Origin: an uncultured delta proteobacterium
GTDB taxonomy: Bacteria > Myxococcota_A > Polyangia > Polyangiales > Polyangiaceae
Assembly (NCBI GenBank): GCA_963782055.1
Contig: CAWAIF010000002.1
Span: 448,001 to 512,000 of the forward strand
Length of the DNA stretch: 64,000 bases
Direction: 5' to 3'
Position numbers and translations under genes: made by a program. Positions 28,849 to 37,641 of the stretch are shown piece by piece; the stretch's first letter is position 1; every line of letters begins with the position of its first letter. The notes below the pieces were generated by a model. The model was not told the DNA's origin, made no database searches, and saw nothing but the letters and a program-made list of their open reading frames with translations.

Positions 28849-29949
28849 ATGCCCCGCCCCCGCCGTCCCGCTCACCAGGGAGGACCGCGCGCGCGCGTGC
28901 GCAACGCGACGCGCGTCGTCGTGAAGGTGGGCTCCAGCACCCTCGCGCGGGACCCCCACGCCATCCGGCGGCTCGCCTCCGCCGTCGCCGTGCTGCGCGC
29001 GCAGGGCAGGCAGGTCGTGCTCGTCTCCAGCGGGGCGATCGCCCTCGGCTTCAGGAAGCTCGGCTACAAGACGCGGCCGAAGGAGACGGCCAAGCTGCAG
29101 GCCTCCGCCGCCGCCGGGCAGAGCTCGCTCATGCGCGCCTACGAGGACGCCTTCGAGGCGCTCGGGTTGCCGGTCGCGCAGGTGCTGCTCACCCACGCAG
29201 ACCTGGCCGAGCGCACGCGCGTCCAGAACGCGCGCGCCGCGCTGGCCGCGCTCCTCGCCGCGGGCGCCGTGCCGGTGCTCAACGAGAACGACTCGGTCGC
29301 GGTGGACGAGATCAAGTTCGGCGACAACGACCAGCTCGCGGCGATGGTCACGCCGCTGGTCGACGGCGAGCTGCTGCTGCTCCTCTCCGACGTGGAGGGC
29401 CTGCTGGACCCGCGCGGGCAGCGCGTGCCGGTGGTGAACGACGCGCGCGAGGTGGCCGGCTTCGTCAAGAAGTCGACGGGCGGGCTGGGCGCCGGCGGGA
29501 TGCACGGCAAGGTGGAGGCGGCGCGTCGCGCGGCGCTGGCGGGGGCCGACGTCATCATCGCCCACGCGGGCCGGGACGGCGTCATCGAGGCGGCGGCCGC
29601 CGGTGAGGACGTGGGGACCCTCTTCCCTGCCGCCGCCGAGCGCATGAGCGCGCGCCGGTCGTGGATCGCCTTCACCCTGCGGCCGCGCGGGGACGTGGTG
29701 CTGGACGCCGGCGCGGTGCGTGCGCTTCACGCCGACAAGAGCGTGCTCCTGGTGGGCGTGCTGGGCGTGCGCGGCACCTTCCGCCCCGGTGACGCCGTGC
29801 GGGTGCTCTCCCCCGAGGGCCAGGAGGTGGGGCGCGGCCTCGCCCGCCTGGGCGCCGAGGACGCCGCGCGCGAGGCGGGCAAGAAGACCGAGGGCGCCGC
29901 CGGCGTGCTCGTCCACAAGGACGAGCTGGTGGTCTGGCCGGAGGGCTAG
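28849..29949 (+). CDS. proB: Glutamate 5-kinase with PUA domain
   Basis: VVVKVGSS, LVSSGAI, AAAGQ, NENDSV, FGDNDQL, GGM.GK, C-terminal PUA. Confidence 0.96.
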   Translation: MPRPRRPAHQGGPRARVRNATRVVVKVGSSTLARDPHAIRRLASAVAVLRAQGRQVVLVSSGAIALGFRKLGYKTRPKETAKLQASAAAGQSSLMRAYEDAFEALGLPVAQVLLTHADLAERTRVQNARAALAALLAAGAVPVLNENDSVAVDEIKFGDNDQLAAMVTPLVDGELLLLLSDVEGLLDPRGQRVPVVNDAREVAGFVKKSTGGLGAGGMHGKVEAARRAALAGADVIIAHAGRDGVIEAAAAGEDVGTLFPAAAERMSARRSWIAFTLRPRGDVVLDAGAVRALHADKSVLLVGVLGVRGTFRPGDAVRVLSPEGQEVGRGLARLGAEDAAREAGKKTEGAAGVLVHKDELVVWPEG

Positions 29950-32900
29950 GGGGTCGGAGGCGGGCCTTCCTCGGGGCCGCGATCGCCTGGGGCCTTGTCC
30001 AGGTCGGTCGGGAGCTGCCCGCGCGCCTGCACGTCGGAGGCGGAGGTGAGCAGGTCGGGCTTCACCGCCGCGTCGATGGCGCGACCGCTCACCGCGCCGT
30101 GGCACGCGGCGCACAGGCCGTCGAAGAACTGCGTGCGGAAGGACTGGTGCGAGTACTCGCCCGGCGAGAAGGACATGGCCTCGCGCTGGTAGCGGGGGTA
30201 GCCGTTCTTCTTCGACTCGGCGGTGTCGGGGAGGTGCAGCACGATGGGCAGGCCGCCGGGGATGAGGAAGCTCGCCGACTTGTCGTCGTTGAGGTTGACC
30301 GTCCCGAGCAGGCGCCGGCGCACGTACACCTGGCCGTAGTCGTCCTTGACGACGTTGCTGCCGCCGGCGCCGAAGCTGGTCACGCTGAGCGGAGGCGGCA
30401 TGTCCTCGTAGACGTCGAAGTGGTCGAGGTCGGGCTCCACCGCCCGCCCCGTCGGCGTGTTCTGGAAGAGCAGCGAGCCGAGGATGCCCATGTCGAGCAC
30501 CTCGATGGCGGCCTCCGGGCGATCCGGGTGCTGCAGCTTGTCGAAGGGCAGCACCGAGGTGTTGCCGTTGGGCTCGTCGATCGTCGAGGCGAAGATGCCG
30601 TGCGAGGCGCGGCCGAAGACGGCGACAGCCTGGATATCCGCCTTGCCTGCGGCGCCGAAGAGCTTGACCTTCGTGCCGTCGATGGGGTCGACCTGGTAGA
30701 CGTCGTAGTCACCGTTGAAGGTGGCCGGATCCCCGGGGCCGTAGCTCACCAGGATGTGATCGTCGGGGAGCACCGCCGGCGACATGTACGTGCCGCTGGA
30801 GGGCTTGCCGGTGTCCGGCGCGTCGATGAACTTCAGCGAGTGCAGGAAGAAGCTCGGCTCCGGCGAGCTCGGCGCGTTGGGATCGATGACGCCCTGGTCA
30901 ATCGGGTAGTCGGTGGCGTCCTGGCTCTTGAAGTCGATGCCCAGCGAACGGTTGAAGATGCCGAGCGCGCCGCCCTGGTGCGGGTAGTTCTGCTCGCTGA
31001 AGATGGCGGCGAAGTCCTTGTCGGACAGCTCGGCCACCTGCGAGGCCTCGTGGAAGCCGATGGACCCGCGCTGCGCGAAGAGGGGGTGGTAGTCGCCGCC
31101 GTCCAGGTTCTCGCGGCGAAGCGCGAGCTGGTAGAAGTTGGGCGCCCGCTTCTCGACCGTCATGATGATGCGGCCGTCCGCCATGAAGTTGGGGTACCGC
31201 TCCACGTTGAGCTGGAAGGTGAGCTGGCGGATGCGGTGCTTGCCCGCGTTCGCAGGGTCGGGCTCCCAGACGAAGAGGTCGGCGTTGGGCTTCGTGGGGT
31301 CCGCCGGCGTGCGCTGCGTGCCCTGGTAGTCGAAGCTGGGGTTGGTCGGGTCGTTGCCGCGCGTCGACGAGAAGACGATGCTCTCGGTGCCGTCGGGCCC
31401 GGGCGGGCTGTAGACGGGGTCGAAGTTGTGCACCAGCAGGCCGTTGCTCGTCGTCTGGCCGGCGTTGATCTCGGCGTGCTTCTGGCAACCTGTGCCGTCC
31501 CCGTTCATCTCGTAGATGGCGAGCGGCTCGGAGGCGCTGGCGCGGGCGGCGAAGGCCACCTTCGCGCCGTCCCAGGAGACCGCCGGGCGCTTGATGTCCG
31601 CGGTCGACGGGTCCAGGCCGCAGCCCGCCGTCAGCGACGTCTCGGCGCCGGGCACCACGTTGCCGGTGGCGTCGAGCGTGGCCTGGACCATGCGCAGGTC
31701 GGAGCCGGGGGCGTAGACATCGAAGTCCTGCGGGCGGTCCGAGCCGCTGGGGATGTCGCGCTGCACGTAGATGATCGCGCTCAGCGGGGCGAGCGTGCGC
31801 GCGGCGCGCTCGCGCCGGTGCCACTCGCGGATCATGCAGAACGCCGGGACCTTGTCGACGTTGTTGTCGTAGTCGTAGCTGGCGTCGAAGCCGGCGGCGT
31901 CGCACGCCGCGCCGGAGGCCGGCGTCCCGCCGAAGTCCTCGAAGAGCGGCCCGCCGCGGTGCGCGATGCCCCGACCGCCGGGGAAGAGCGCCGGGCGGTA
32001 CAGGTTCTTGCGCACGATGCGGCTCGCCTCAACGTCGTCGCTCTCGATGTTGAGCTGGAGGAGCGAGAGCGCGTAGTTGTGCTTGGATGCGGTGAGCGAG
32101 AAGCTGCCGCCGGAGCCGCCTCGCAGCCGGTACTCGTGGAACATCGCCGCGGAGTGGCACTGCAGCATCATGCAGCCCTTCTTCACCAGCATCGGCTGCA
32201 CGTCGTGGACGAAGAAGAGGAAGTTGGGGTCCAGCGTGCCGGTCTGCAGCGGGCCGTGGGCCTTGGCCCAGTCGAGCATGGCCTTGTAGTCGCTGTCCGA
32301 CGTGGTCTGCCAGATGATGCCGCCCTCGTGGTAGGCGCCGCCCTGGGTGGGGGCGAGGGGCCTCCGCACCAGCTCGCTCTGCTCCGGCGTCTGCGCCAGG
32401 TACTCCTGCGCGGCGAAGTAGTTCCACCGCACCTGATCGGGCGTGTCGCCGCAGGTCAGGTAAAGGTCGTTGACGGGGGAGCCGTGGCAGTTGGACGCCG
32501 CGCACGTCTTCTTGATGACCGGGTTGACGTTGTCCTTGAACTGGCCGAAGTCCGCCGCCGTCGGGTCGGTGTTGGGGTCGAAGCCCGGCTCCGCGGGCGG
32601 GACCGTCGTCGCGCACGGCAGCTTGGTGACGCCGGGCGGCGGGACGCCGGTGTTGTTCTCCGTCGCGCCGTTGTCCATCCAGTGGCGGAGGGTCAGGTAG
32701 CCGGTGGCTGTCGGGTCCAGGATGGGCCCGCCGGTGTGCTTGATGTCGGTCGTGATGGAGACCTTCGAGCCGTCGAAGTTCTGGATGTCGACGGTGAAGG
32801 GCGGGACGTTCTTCACCAGCATCGCCGGCTGGCCGTACGGTCCGTAGTCCGCGAGCAGGTCCCGCCGCTTGTTGATCGCTTCGAAGCTGGAGGTGTCCAG

Positions 32901-33113
32901 GTTGCCGAAGGCGTTGCCCTTGGCGTCGGACACGTGGCACCCCGCGCCGGTGTTCGTCCGGACGCAGGAGGCGTTGAGGATGGGGAAGATGGTGCGGTCG
33001 AAGTATGTCGACGGCTGCGGCTGCTTCACCGTGCACGCGGTGGGCGCCAGCACGGCGCCGACGGCGACGGCGAAACCCAGCGCGGCGACCAGAGAAGCTA
33101 CGGGCGAGCGCAC
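29946..33113 (-). CDS. Multiheme cytochrome c lipoprotein with TolB-like propeller and HzsA-like C-terminal domain
   Basis: Lipobox PTAC; three F..[DN][IV].P.L...Cx4-8CH modules; PAVSWDGAKVAF propeller repeats; LLGTVNLNDDKS...PGGLP...PGE...CAACH. Confidence 0.8.
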   Translation of the reverse strand: MRSPVASLVAALGFAVAVGAVLAPTACTVKQPQPSTYFDRTIFPILNASCVRTNTGAGCHVSDAKGNAFGNLDTSSFEAINKRRDLLADYGPYGQPAMLVKNVPPFTVDIQNFDGSKVSITTDIKHTGGPILDPTATGYLTLRHWMDNGATENNTGVPPPGVTKLPCATTVPPAEPGFDPNTDPTAADFGQFKDNVNPVIKKTCAASNCHGSPVNDLYLTCGDTPDQVRWNYFAAQEYLAQTPEQSELVRRPLAPTQGGAYHEGGIIWQTTSDSDYKAMLDWAKAHGPLQTGTLDPNFLFFVHDVQPMLVKKGCMMLQCHSAAMFHEYRLRGGSGGSFSLTASKHNYALSLLQLNIESDDVEASRIVRKNLYRPALFPGGRGIAHRGGPLFEDFGGTPASGAACDAAGFDASYDYDNNVDKVPAFCMIREWHRRERAARTLAPLSAIIYVQRDIPSGSDRPQDFDVYAPGSDLRMVQATLDATGNVVPGAETSLTAGCGLDPSTADIKRPAVSWDGAKVAFAARASASEPLAIYEMNGDGTGCQKHAEINAGQTTSNGLLVHNFDPVYSPPGPDGTESIVFSSTRGNDPTNPSFDYQGTQRTPADPTKPNADLFVWEPDPANAGKHRIRQLTFQLNVERYPNFMADGRIIMTVEKRAPNFYQLALRRENLDGGDYHPLFAQRGSIGFHEASQVAELSDKDFAAIFSEQNYPHQGGALGIFNRSLGIDFKSQDATDYPIDQGVIDPNAPSSPEPSFFLHSLKFIDAPDTGKPSSGTYMSPAVLPDDHILVSYGPGDPATFNGDYDVYQVDPIDGTKVKLFGAAGKADIQAVAVFGRASHGIFASTIDEPNGNTSVLPFDKLQHPDRPEAAIEVLDMGILGSLLFQNTPTGRAVEPDLDHFDVYEDMPPPLSVTSFGAGGSNVVKDDYGQVYVRRRLLGTVNLNDDKSASFLIPGGLPIVLHLPDTAESKKNGYPRYQREAMSFSPGEYSHQSFRTQFFDGLCAACHGAVSGRAIDAAVKPDLLTSASDVQARGQLPTDLDKAPGDRGPEEGPPPTP

Positions 33114-33146
33114 GACGAGGCCTCGAGGGAGAGAGAACGACAAAAC

Positions 33147-33185
33147 GACTGCCGGGGGCGATTCACCCCCGGCAGTCTACCGTCA
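33147..33185 (-). terminator. Intergenic hairpin, putative intrinsic terminator or attenuator
   Basis: GACTGCCGGGGG-N7-CCCCCGGCAGTC perfect 12-bp stem (33147-33177), followed on the minus strand by GTTTTGT. Confidence 0.6.
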
Positions 33186-33204
33186 AAGTGGGCCGCCGGG
33201 CGAC

Positions 33205-34122
33205 TCACATCCGGCGCAGCGCGATCGAGGCCTGGTCGCGCACCAGCGAGCTGGCGTCGTTCTGGGCGATCTGCTGCAGCGCGGCCTTGGCCGAGCTGTC
33301 GCGGAACGTCCCGAGCGCGTGACACGCCGACAGACGCACGTTGGGGTCGGCGTCGGACTGGGCGAGCTGGAGCACGCCGGCGACGGTGTCGGTGGCGTGG
33401 AGGGTCTCCAGCAGCTCCACCCCGCGGCGGCGCACCAGGGCGCTCGAGTCGCCCAGGAGCTTGGCCGCGGAGGCCTCGTCGTTGAAGGAGTTGATGCGCG
33501 ACGCCGACTTGATGGCGGCGAGGCGCACGCCCTCGTCGCTGTCGCCCAGGGCCTTGGTCACCGCGCCCGCGCCGGTGTCGTTCAGGCGGCCGAGGGCGGA
33601 GACCGCCGCGGCGCGCACGGCAGGGGAGGCGTCGTTGGAGATGGCGTCGGAGAGCGGCTGCACCCCGGCGAGCGTCAAGAACTCCCCGAGCGCGTAAGCC
33701 GCGTAGGCCCGCTTCTGCGAGCTCGGGTCGGTCTTGAGGGTGTCGACCGTGCGCTCGTACGCCTGGCCGGGGCCGAACACGCCGAAGATCCGGCGGCGCA
33801 GCCACCAGGCGGCGATCTCGCGCGTCTCCGGGCTCTGGTCGTACATGAGGTGCTCGACCACCGGGATGCAGTCGAGGCACTCGACGTCCTCCCCGTGCTC
33901 CAGCGTCTCCCAGATGAGAGACGGGGAGTTGGAGGAGGCCGCGCTCATGATGCGGTCCGGCGTGGAGATGAACTCCACCTGGTCCGGCGGGATGTTCCCG
34001 TAGACCGCGGTCACGCCGGGGTTCTGCACCGGGTTGTCGCTGCGGGCGTCCGTCCCGGACATGAGCGACCCTGCCGCCAGAATCGCACCGAAGAAGAGGG
34101 AACCGATTTTTGCGCTACGCAT
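33205..34122 (-). CDS. Secreted HEAT-repeat protein
   Basis: Signal peptide; repeated D.S..VR.AA..ALG units; N-terminal HGE.VECLDC. Confidence 0.88.
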   Translation of the reverse strand: MRSAKIGSLFFGAILAAGSLMSGTDARSDNPVQNPGVTAVYGNIPPDQVEFISTPDRIMSAASSNSPSLIWETLEHGEDVECLDCIPVVEHLMYDQSPETREIAAWWLRRRIFGVFGPGQAYERTVDTLKTDPSSQKRAYAAYALGEFLTLAGVQPLSDAISNDASPAVRAAAVSALGRLNDTGAGAVTKALGDSDEGVRLAAIKSASRINSFNDEASAAKLLGDSSALVRRRGVELLETLHATDTVAGVLQLAQSDADPNVRLSACHALGTFRDSSAKAALQQIAQNDASSLVRDQASIALRRM

Positions 34123-34134
34123 GGCTTCTTCTCC

Positions 34135-36480
34135 TCAGTTGTACTTCTGGCCGGAGGTGGGATCGTTCTGGAAGGGAACGAACTGGGTGTTCTGGCGGGC
34201 GTAGTACTGACCGCCCAGGTCGATCGAACGGATGAGGGTCTGACGCTCCTCGTCGGTGAGCGTCACGCCCACGTCCTCGGGGTGCATCGGGTGGTCGGTG
34301 GCCGGCCAGGCGGTGGTGCCGTCGGCCGCCTTGACGTTGATGTGCGCGATCATCTCGGAGCCGCGCGCGTTGCCCGGGTCGCCCCACATCGGCGGCACCG
34401 TCCCGGTCACCTTGGCGCCCATGTCCATCATGAGGGTCGAGGGGTAGAAGATGCTGACGTAGGACTTGGGCCAGGGCTTGACCTGCCGGTCGTAGTAGAC
34501 CGTGAGGGGCTGGCCGTCGCAGTACTGGTTCGCCGTCAGGCCGCACATGTTGAAGCGCGGGATCTGGTAGCTCGACGTGACGCCGCTCACGGGGTTGGTC
34601 ATCGAGACCGTGTAGAAGGTCTGCGGGCCGTTGCCGTTCTTGGTGTCGTTGTGGCACTGCACGCACTTGGCATCGAGCACCTGCTGGACATACGACTTGT
34701 TCGGGTCGTCGTTGGCGTTCCACGGGTACTCGGTGCGGTCGGTGATGGCCTCGGTGAAGTCCTCCGGGCCCTTCTGCTCCGCGACCGTGGGGTTCTGGCC
34801 GAAGGCCGGGACGCCCTGGCCGGTGCGGCTCTCGTGGCAGCCGACGCAGCGGCGGTCCTCACCAGGCATGCCCTGGATCCAGAGACCCTGGCTGCGGATG
34901 GAGAGGCCGAACTTGTCGATGGGCTGCAGGTGGAAGGGAATGTACGGCGGGATGTTGGCGAGCCAGCTCCCGTCCGGGTAGACGTCCGCCTCGCCGAGCA
35001 CCGCGGCCCCCTCGTGCATCGTCAGGCCGAACATGGTGACGCCCTTGGCCGCCTCGCTGGAGAAGCCCTCGATGATGCGGACCTTGACCGCACCCTTGAG
35101 CGCGTCGCCCAGCGGGGTGTTCTTGAACTCGGCGCCGTTGATGGAGTCGGTCAGGCTGGTGTTCGTCACGTTGACCGAGCCGATGCGGACCGGCTGCGTG
35201 CCATCGACGCCGCGCTGCAGGTCGCCGATGACCGGAGGCTCGACGCGCGGCGCGACCGCCATCGCACCGAGCGACCACATGGTGCGGTCGTTGTAGATGA
35301 GCTGGTTCTTCTGGGTGACCGGGTCGAAGACGTAGATGCCGAAGTCCGGCGGCGTCTGCGACTGCTCGTTGAGGTCGTTGACGGGGCCGTCCGCCCAGGA
35401 GACCAGGATCCGGCCGTCGGGCAGCACGCTGGGCTCGCGGTAGCGGCCGTCCGGCGAGGGGCCGTTGGACCCCGGGACGTCCGGCGTCAGGATGGTGAAG
35501 GTCGCGTGCTCCTCGTCCAGGCAAGCGTGGCCGGTCTGGTCCGCGGTCTTGTCCAGGCAGACCGGGTCGTTGTGGTTGCGCGCGTCGATCCGGATGAGCG
35601 TGCCGGCGTGGATGGTGCGGTTACGCGTGGTGCCGATGCCGATCATCACGTTCGGCTCGATCTCGCGGATGTTGATGAGCGAGTTGACGGGCTTGTTGTG
35701 CTGGCCCGCCACCGCGAGCATCTGCGTGCCGTCCGGGCTCGCCGTGAAGATCTTGACGTCGTTGACCGGGCCGAGGTGCTCCCAGCGGGAGTAGCCGACC
35801 TTGCCGTCGTGGCGGAGGAAGGGGGCGACGGTGTGCGAGAGGTTCTGCGAGTCCAGGTGGCGGTCGGCGTCGCCGCCGTCCACCGTGATGCTCGCGAGCT
35901 GCGTCACCACGCGGCCGTGCTCGTACTCGTCTGCGCGGGTGCCCATCGCCGTGTACATCTCGTTGGTCGCGAACGCGATGCGACCGCCGGGCATGTAGAT
36001 GGGGTTGATGTCGTCGTAGTCGCCGGCGGTCTTCTGGTGGATCTCGTACTTGCCGTCGGCGCCGGGCGTCAGCTGCACCGTGTAGAGGTGGTAGTGGTCG
36101 CTGCCGTCCTTCTTCATCGAGAAGACGGCCTGCTTCGCGTCGAAGGACACGTCCACGCCGTTGAAGTCGGCGGTGGGGAAGTCGGCGGTCAGGTTGATGA
36201 CCTTGCCGTCCGGCCGCGGCGGCGAGAGCAGGTCCAGGCTGCCACCCGGGACGTACCGGTCGTAGTCGATGACCTGCGTGTTGCCGCCGGCCACGTCGAT
36301 CGCGACGTTGCCCTGCTGGTCCACGGTGGTGTGGGCCCGCTTCACGAAGATGATCTGGCTCACGCCGATGTCGGTCGACTCGGTCGACCCGCTGCAGTTG
36401 GTGGCGAGCGCGCCAGGCAACAGGGTACAGAGTGCGATTCCCAGCGCGGTGAGCGGCTTGCGGACGGCAGGTGCGTTCAT
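34135..36480 (-). CDS. Hydrazine synthase alpha-subunit-like (HzsA-related) diheme cytochrome lipoprotein
   Basis: Lipobox ATNC; beta-propeller repeats; LGEADVYPDGSW.A.IP...P..LQPID..G......W....PGE.R.CVGCHE; second motif CVQCH; RBS GGAGG. Confidence 0.85.
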   Translation of the reverse strand: MNAPAVRKPLTALGIALCTLLPGALATNCSGSTESTDIGVSQIIFVKRAHTTVDQQGNVAIDVAGGNTQVIDYDRYVPGGSLDLLSPPRPDGKVINLTADFPTADFNGVDVSFDAKQAVFSMKKDGSDHYHLYTVQLTPGADGKYEIHQKTAGDYDDINPIYMPGGRIAFATNEMYTAMGTRADEYEHGRVVTQLASITVDGGDADRHLDSQNLSHTVAPFLRHDGKVGYSRWEHLGPVNDVKIFTASPDGTQMLAVAGQHNKPVNSLINIREIEPNVMIGIGTTRNRTIHAGTLIRIDARNHNDPVCLDKTADQTGHACLDEEHATFTILTPDVPGSNGPSPDGRYREPSVLPDGRILVSWADGPVNDLNEQSQTPPDFGIYVFDPVTQKNQLIYNDRTMWSLGAMAVAPRVEPPVIGDLQRGVDGTQPVRIGSVNVTNTSLTDSINGAEFKNTPLGDALKGAVKVRIIEGFSSEAAKGVTMFGLTMHEGAAVLGEADVYPDGSWLANIPPYIPFHLQPIDKFGLSIRSQGLWIQGMPGEDRRCVGCHESRTGQGVPAFGQNPTVAEQKGPEDFTEAITDRTEYPWNANDDPNKSYVQQVLDAKCVQCHNDTKNGNGPQTFYTVSMTNPVSGVTSSYQIPRFNMCGLTANQYCDGQPLTVYYDRQVKPWPKSYVSIFYPSTLMMDMGAKVTGTVPPMWGDPGNARGSEMIAHINVKAADGTTAWPATDHPMHPEDVGVTLTDEERQTLIRSIDLGGQYYARQNTQFVPFQNDPTSGQKYN

Positions 36481-36532
36481 GTCGGGCCTCCGGTGCCCGG
36501 GTCCCGGTGGGGGCCTGGGGCATGGTGGCTAG

Positions 36533-36548
36533 AGCACGTATCGCGCCA
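36533..36548 (-). promoter_or_regulatory. Putative sigma54 promoter of the HzsA-like operon
   Basis: TGGCGCGATACGTGCT (GG-N10-GC) about 52 nt upstream of ATG 36480. Confidence 0.6.
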
Positions 36549-36743
36549 GCTCGAGCTGGCGGGAATTCACCGAGGATTTGGGGTGTTGGATCCCTCGAGC
36601 CGGAGGGGGAGGCCCCCACGGGTGGGGGCCGCGGCCCCCTGACGGGGCATGGACCTCGTCGCACGTCGCACCTCAAAACCAGCACGGCGCCGCGGTGTCG
36701 GTCGGGCTGGGCTGCCTAGCCGGGACCTGTTAGGTCTCGGAGC

Positions 36744-37631
36744 ATGAGAGGTCTCGGTTTCGGTTTGATCCTGTGCACGTGCGTGGCCGCGTGTGTCGGC
36801 GACAGCCCCGTCACCACCGGCGGTGGAGACGCGGGGAGCGATGCGTCGAGCTGCTCCGCGCCGATGACGAGCTGCACGAAGGGCTCGCAAACCGTCTGCA
36901 CCGACACCTCGACCGACGACCAGAACTGCGGGCAATGCAACGACGCGTGCCCGAGCGGGTCGACGTGCAAGAGCTCGGCGTGCGTGTGCAGCGATCCCTT
37001 GAAGACGTACTGCGCCGCCGGCGCCGTGGGCTCGTGCGCCGACCTGCAAGCGGACCCGAACAACTGCGGCGCGTGCGGCCACAAATGCCCGAACACCTTC
37101 TGCACCCAGGGCCAGTGCGATCACATCGTCTTCGTGACGAAGAACACGTACACGACGGACCTGGGCGGCGTGGCCGGGGCGGACGCCAAGTGCGCGGCGG
37201 AGGCGAAGGCCGCCGGACTGCCCGGCACCTACATGGCGTGGATCAGCGCCGGTGCGAGCATCGGCCCGGCGCAGCGCTTCACCAACAAGTCCACGACCCC
37301 GTACGTGCTGCCCGACGGCACCACCGAGGTCGCCACGAGCTTCGCCAATCTCGCCAACGGTTTGAAGCACGCCATCGACATGGGGCCGGACAAGAACACC
37401 ATCCCCAACAAGACACAGGTGATGACCGACGTGGACAGCAACGGGGACAGCAGCGCCGGGAGCTTCCACTGTCAGGGCTGGACGTCGACGGTGACCGACA
37501 ACACCATCAACACCTCCTACTACGGCGGCGACGCGACCAAGACGACCGCGGGCACCTGGTCCACGGACAAGACCAACCAGATCTTCTGCAACACCGACTC
37601 CACCCAGCGGCTGTACTGCTTCCAGCAGTAG
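36744..37631 (+). CDS. Cys-rich repeat lipoprotein with DUF1554/endostatin-like domain
   Basis: Lipobox VAAC; D..NCG.C...C repeats; IVFVT......LGG.AGAD.KC, YMAWIS, LYCFQQ. Confidence 0.8.
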   Translation: MRGLGFGLILCTCVAACVGDSPVTTGGGDAGSDASSCSAPMTSCTKGSQTVCTDTSTDDQNCGQCNDACPSGSTCKSSACVCSDPLKTYCAAGAVGSCADLQADPNNCGACGHKCPNTFCTQGQCDHIVFVTKNTYTTDLGGVAGADAKCAAEAKAAGLPGTYMAWISAGASIGPAQRFTNKSTTPYVLPDGTTEVATSFANLANGLKHAIDMGPDKNTIPNKTQVMTDVDSNGDSSAGSFHCQGWTSTVTDNTINTSYYGGDATKTTAGTWSTDKTNQIFCNTDSTQRLYCFQQ

Positions 37632-37641
37632 CGTCCAACCA

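Noticed and set aside
29946..36480. Anammox hydrazine synthase (hzsABC)
   Set aside because: No beta/gamma subunits or HAO-like genes in the window, and the context is myxobacterial; only alpha-like homology is supported
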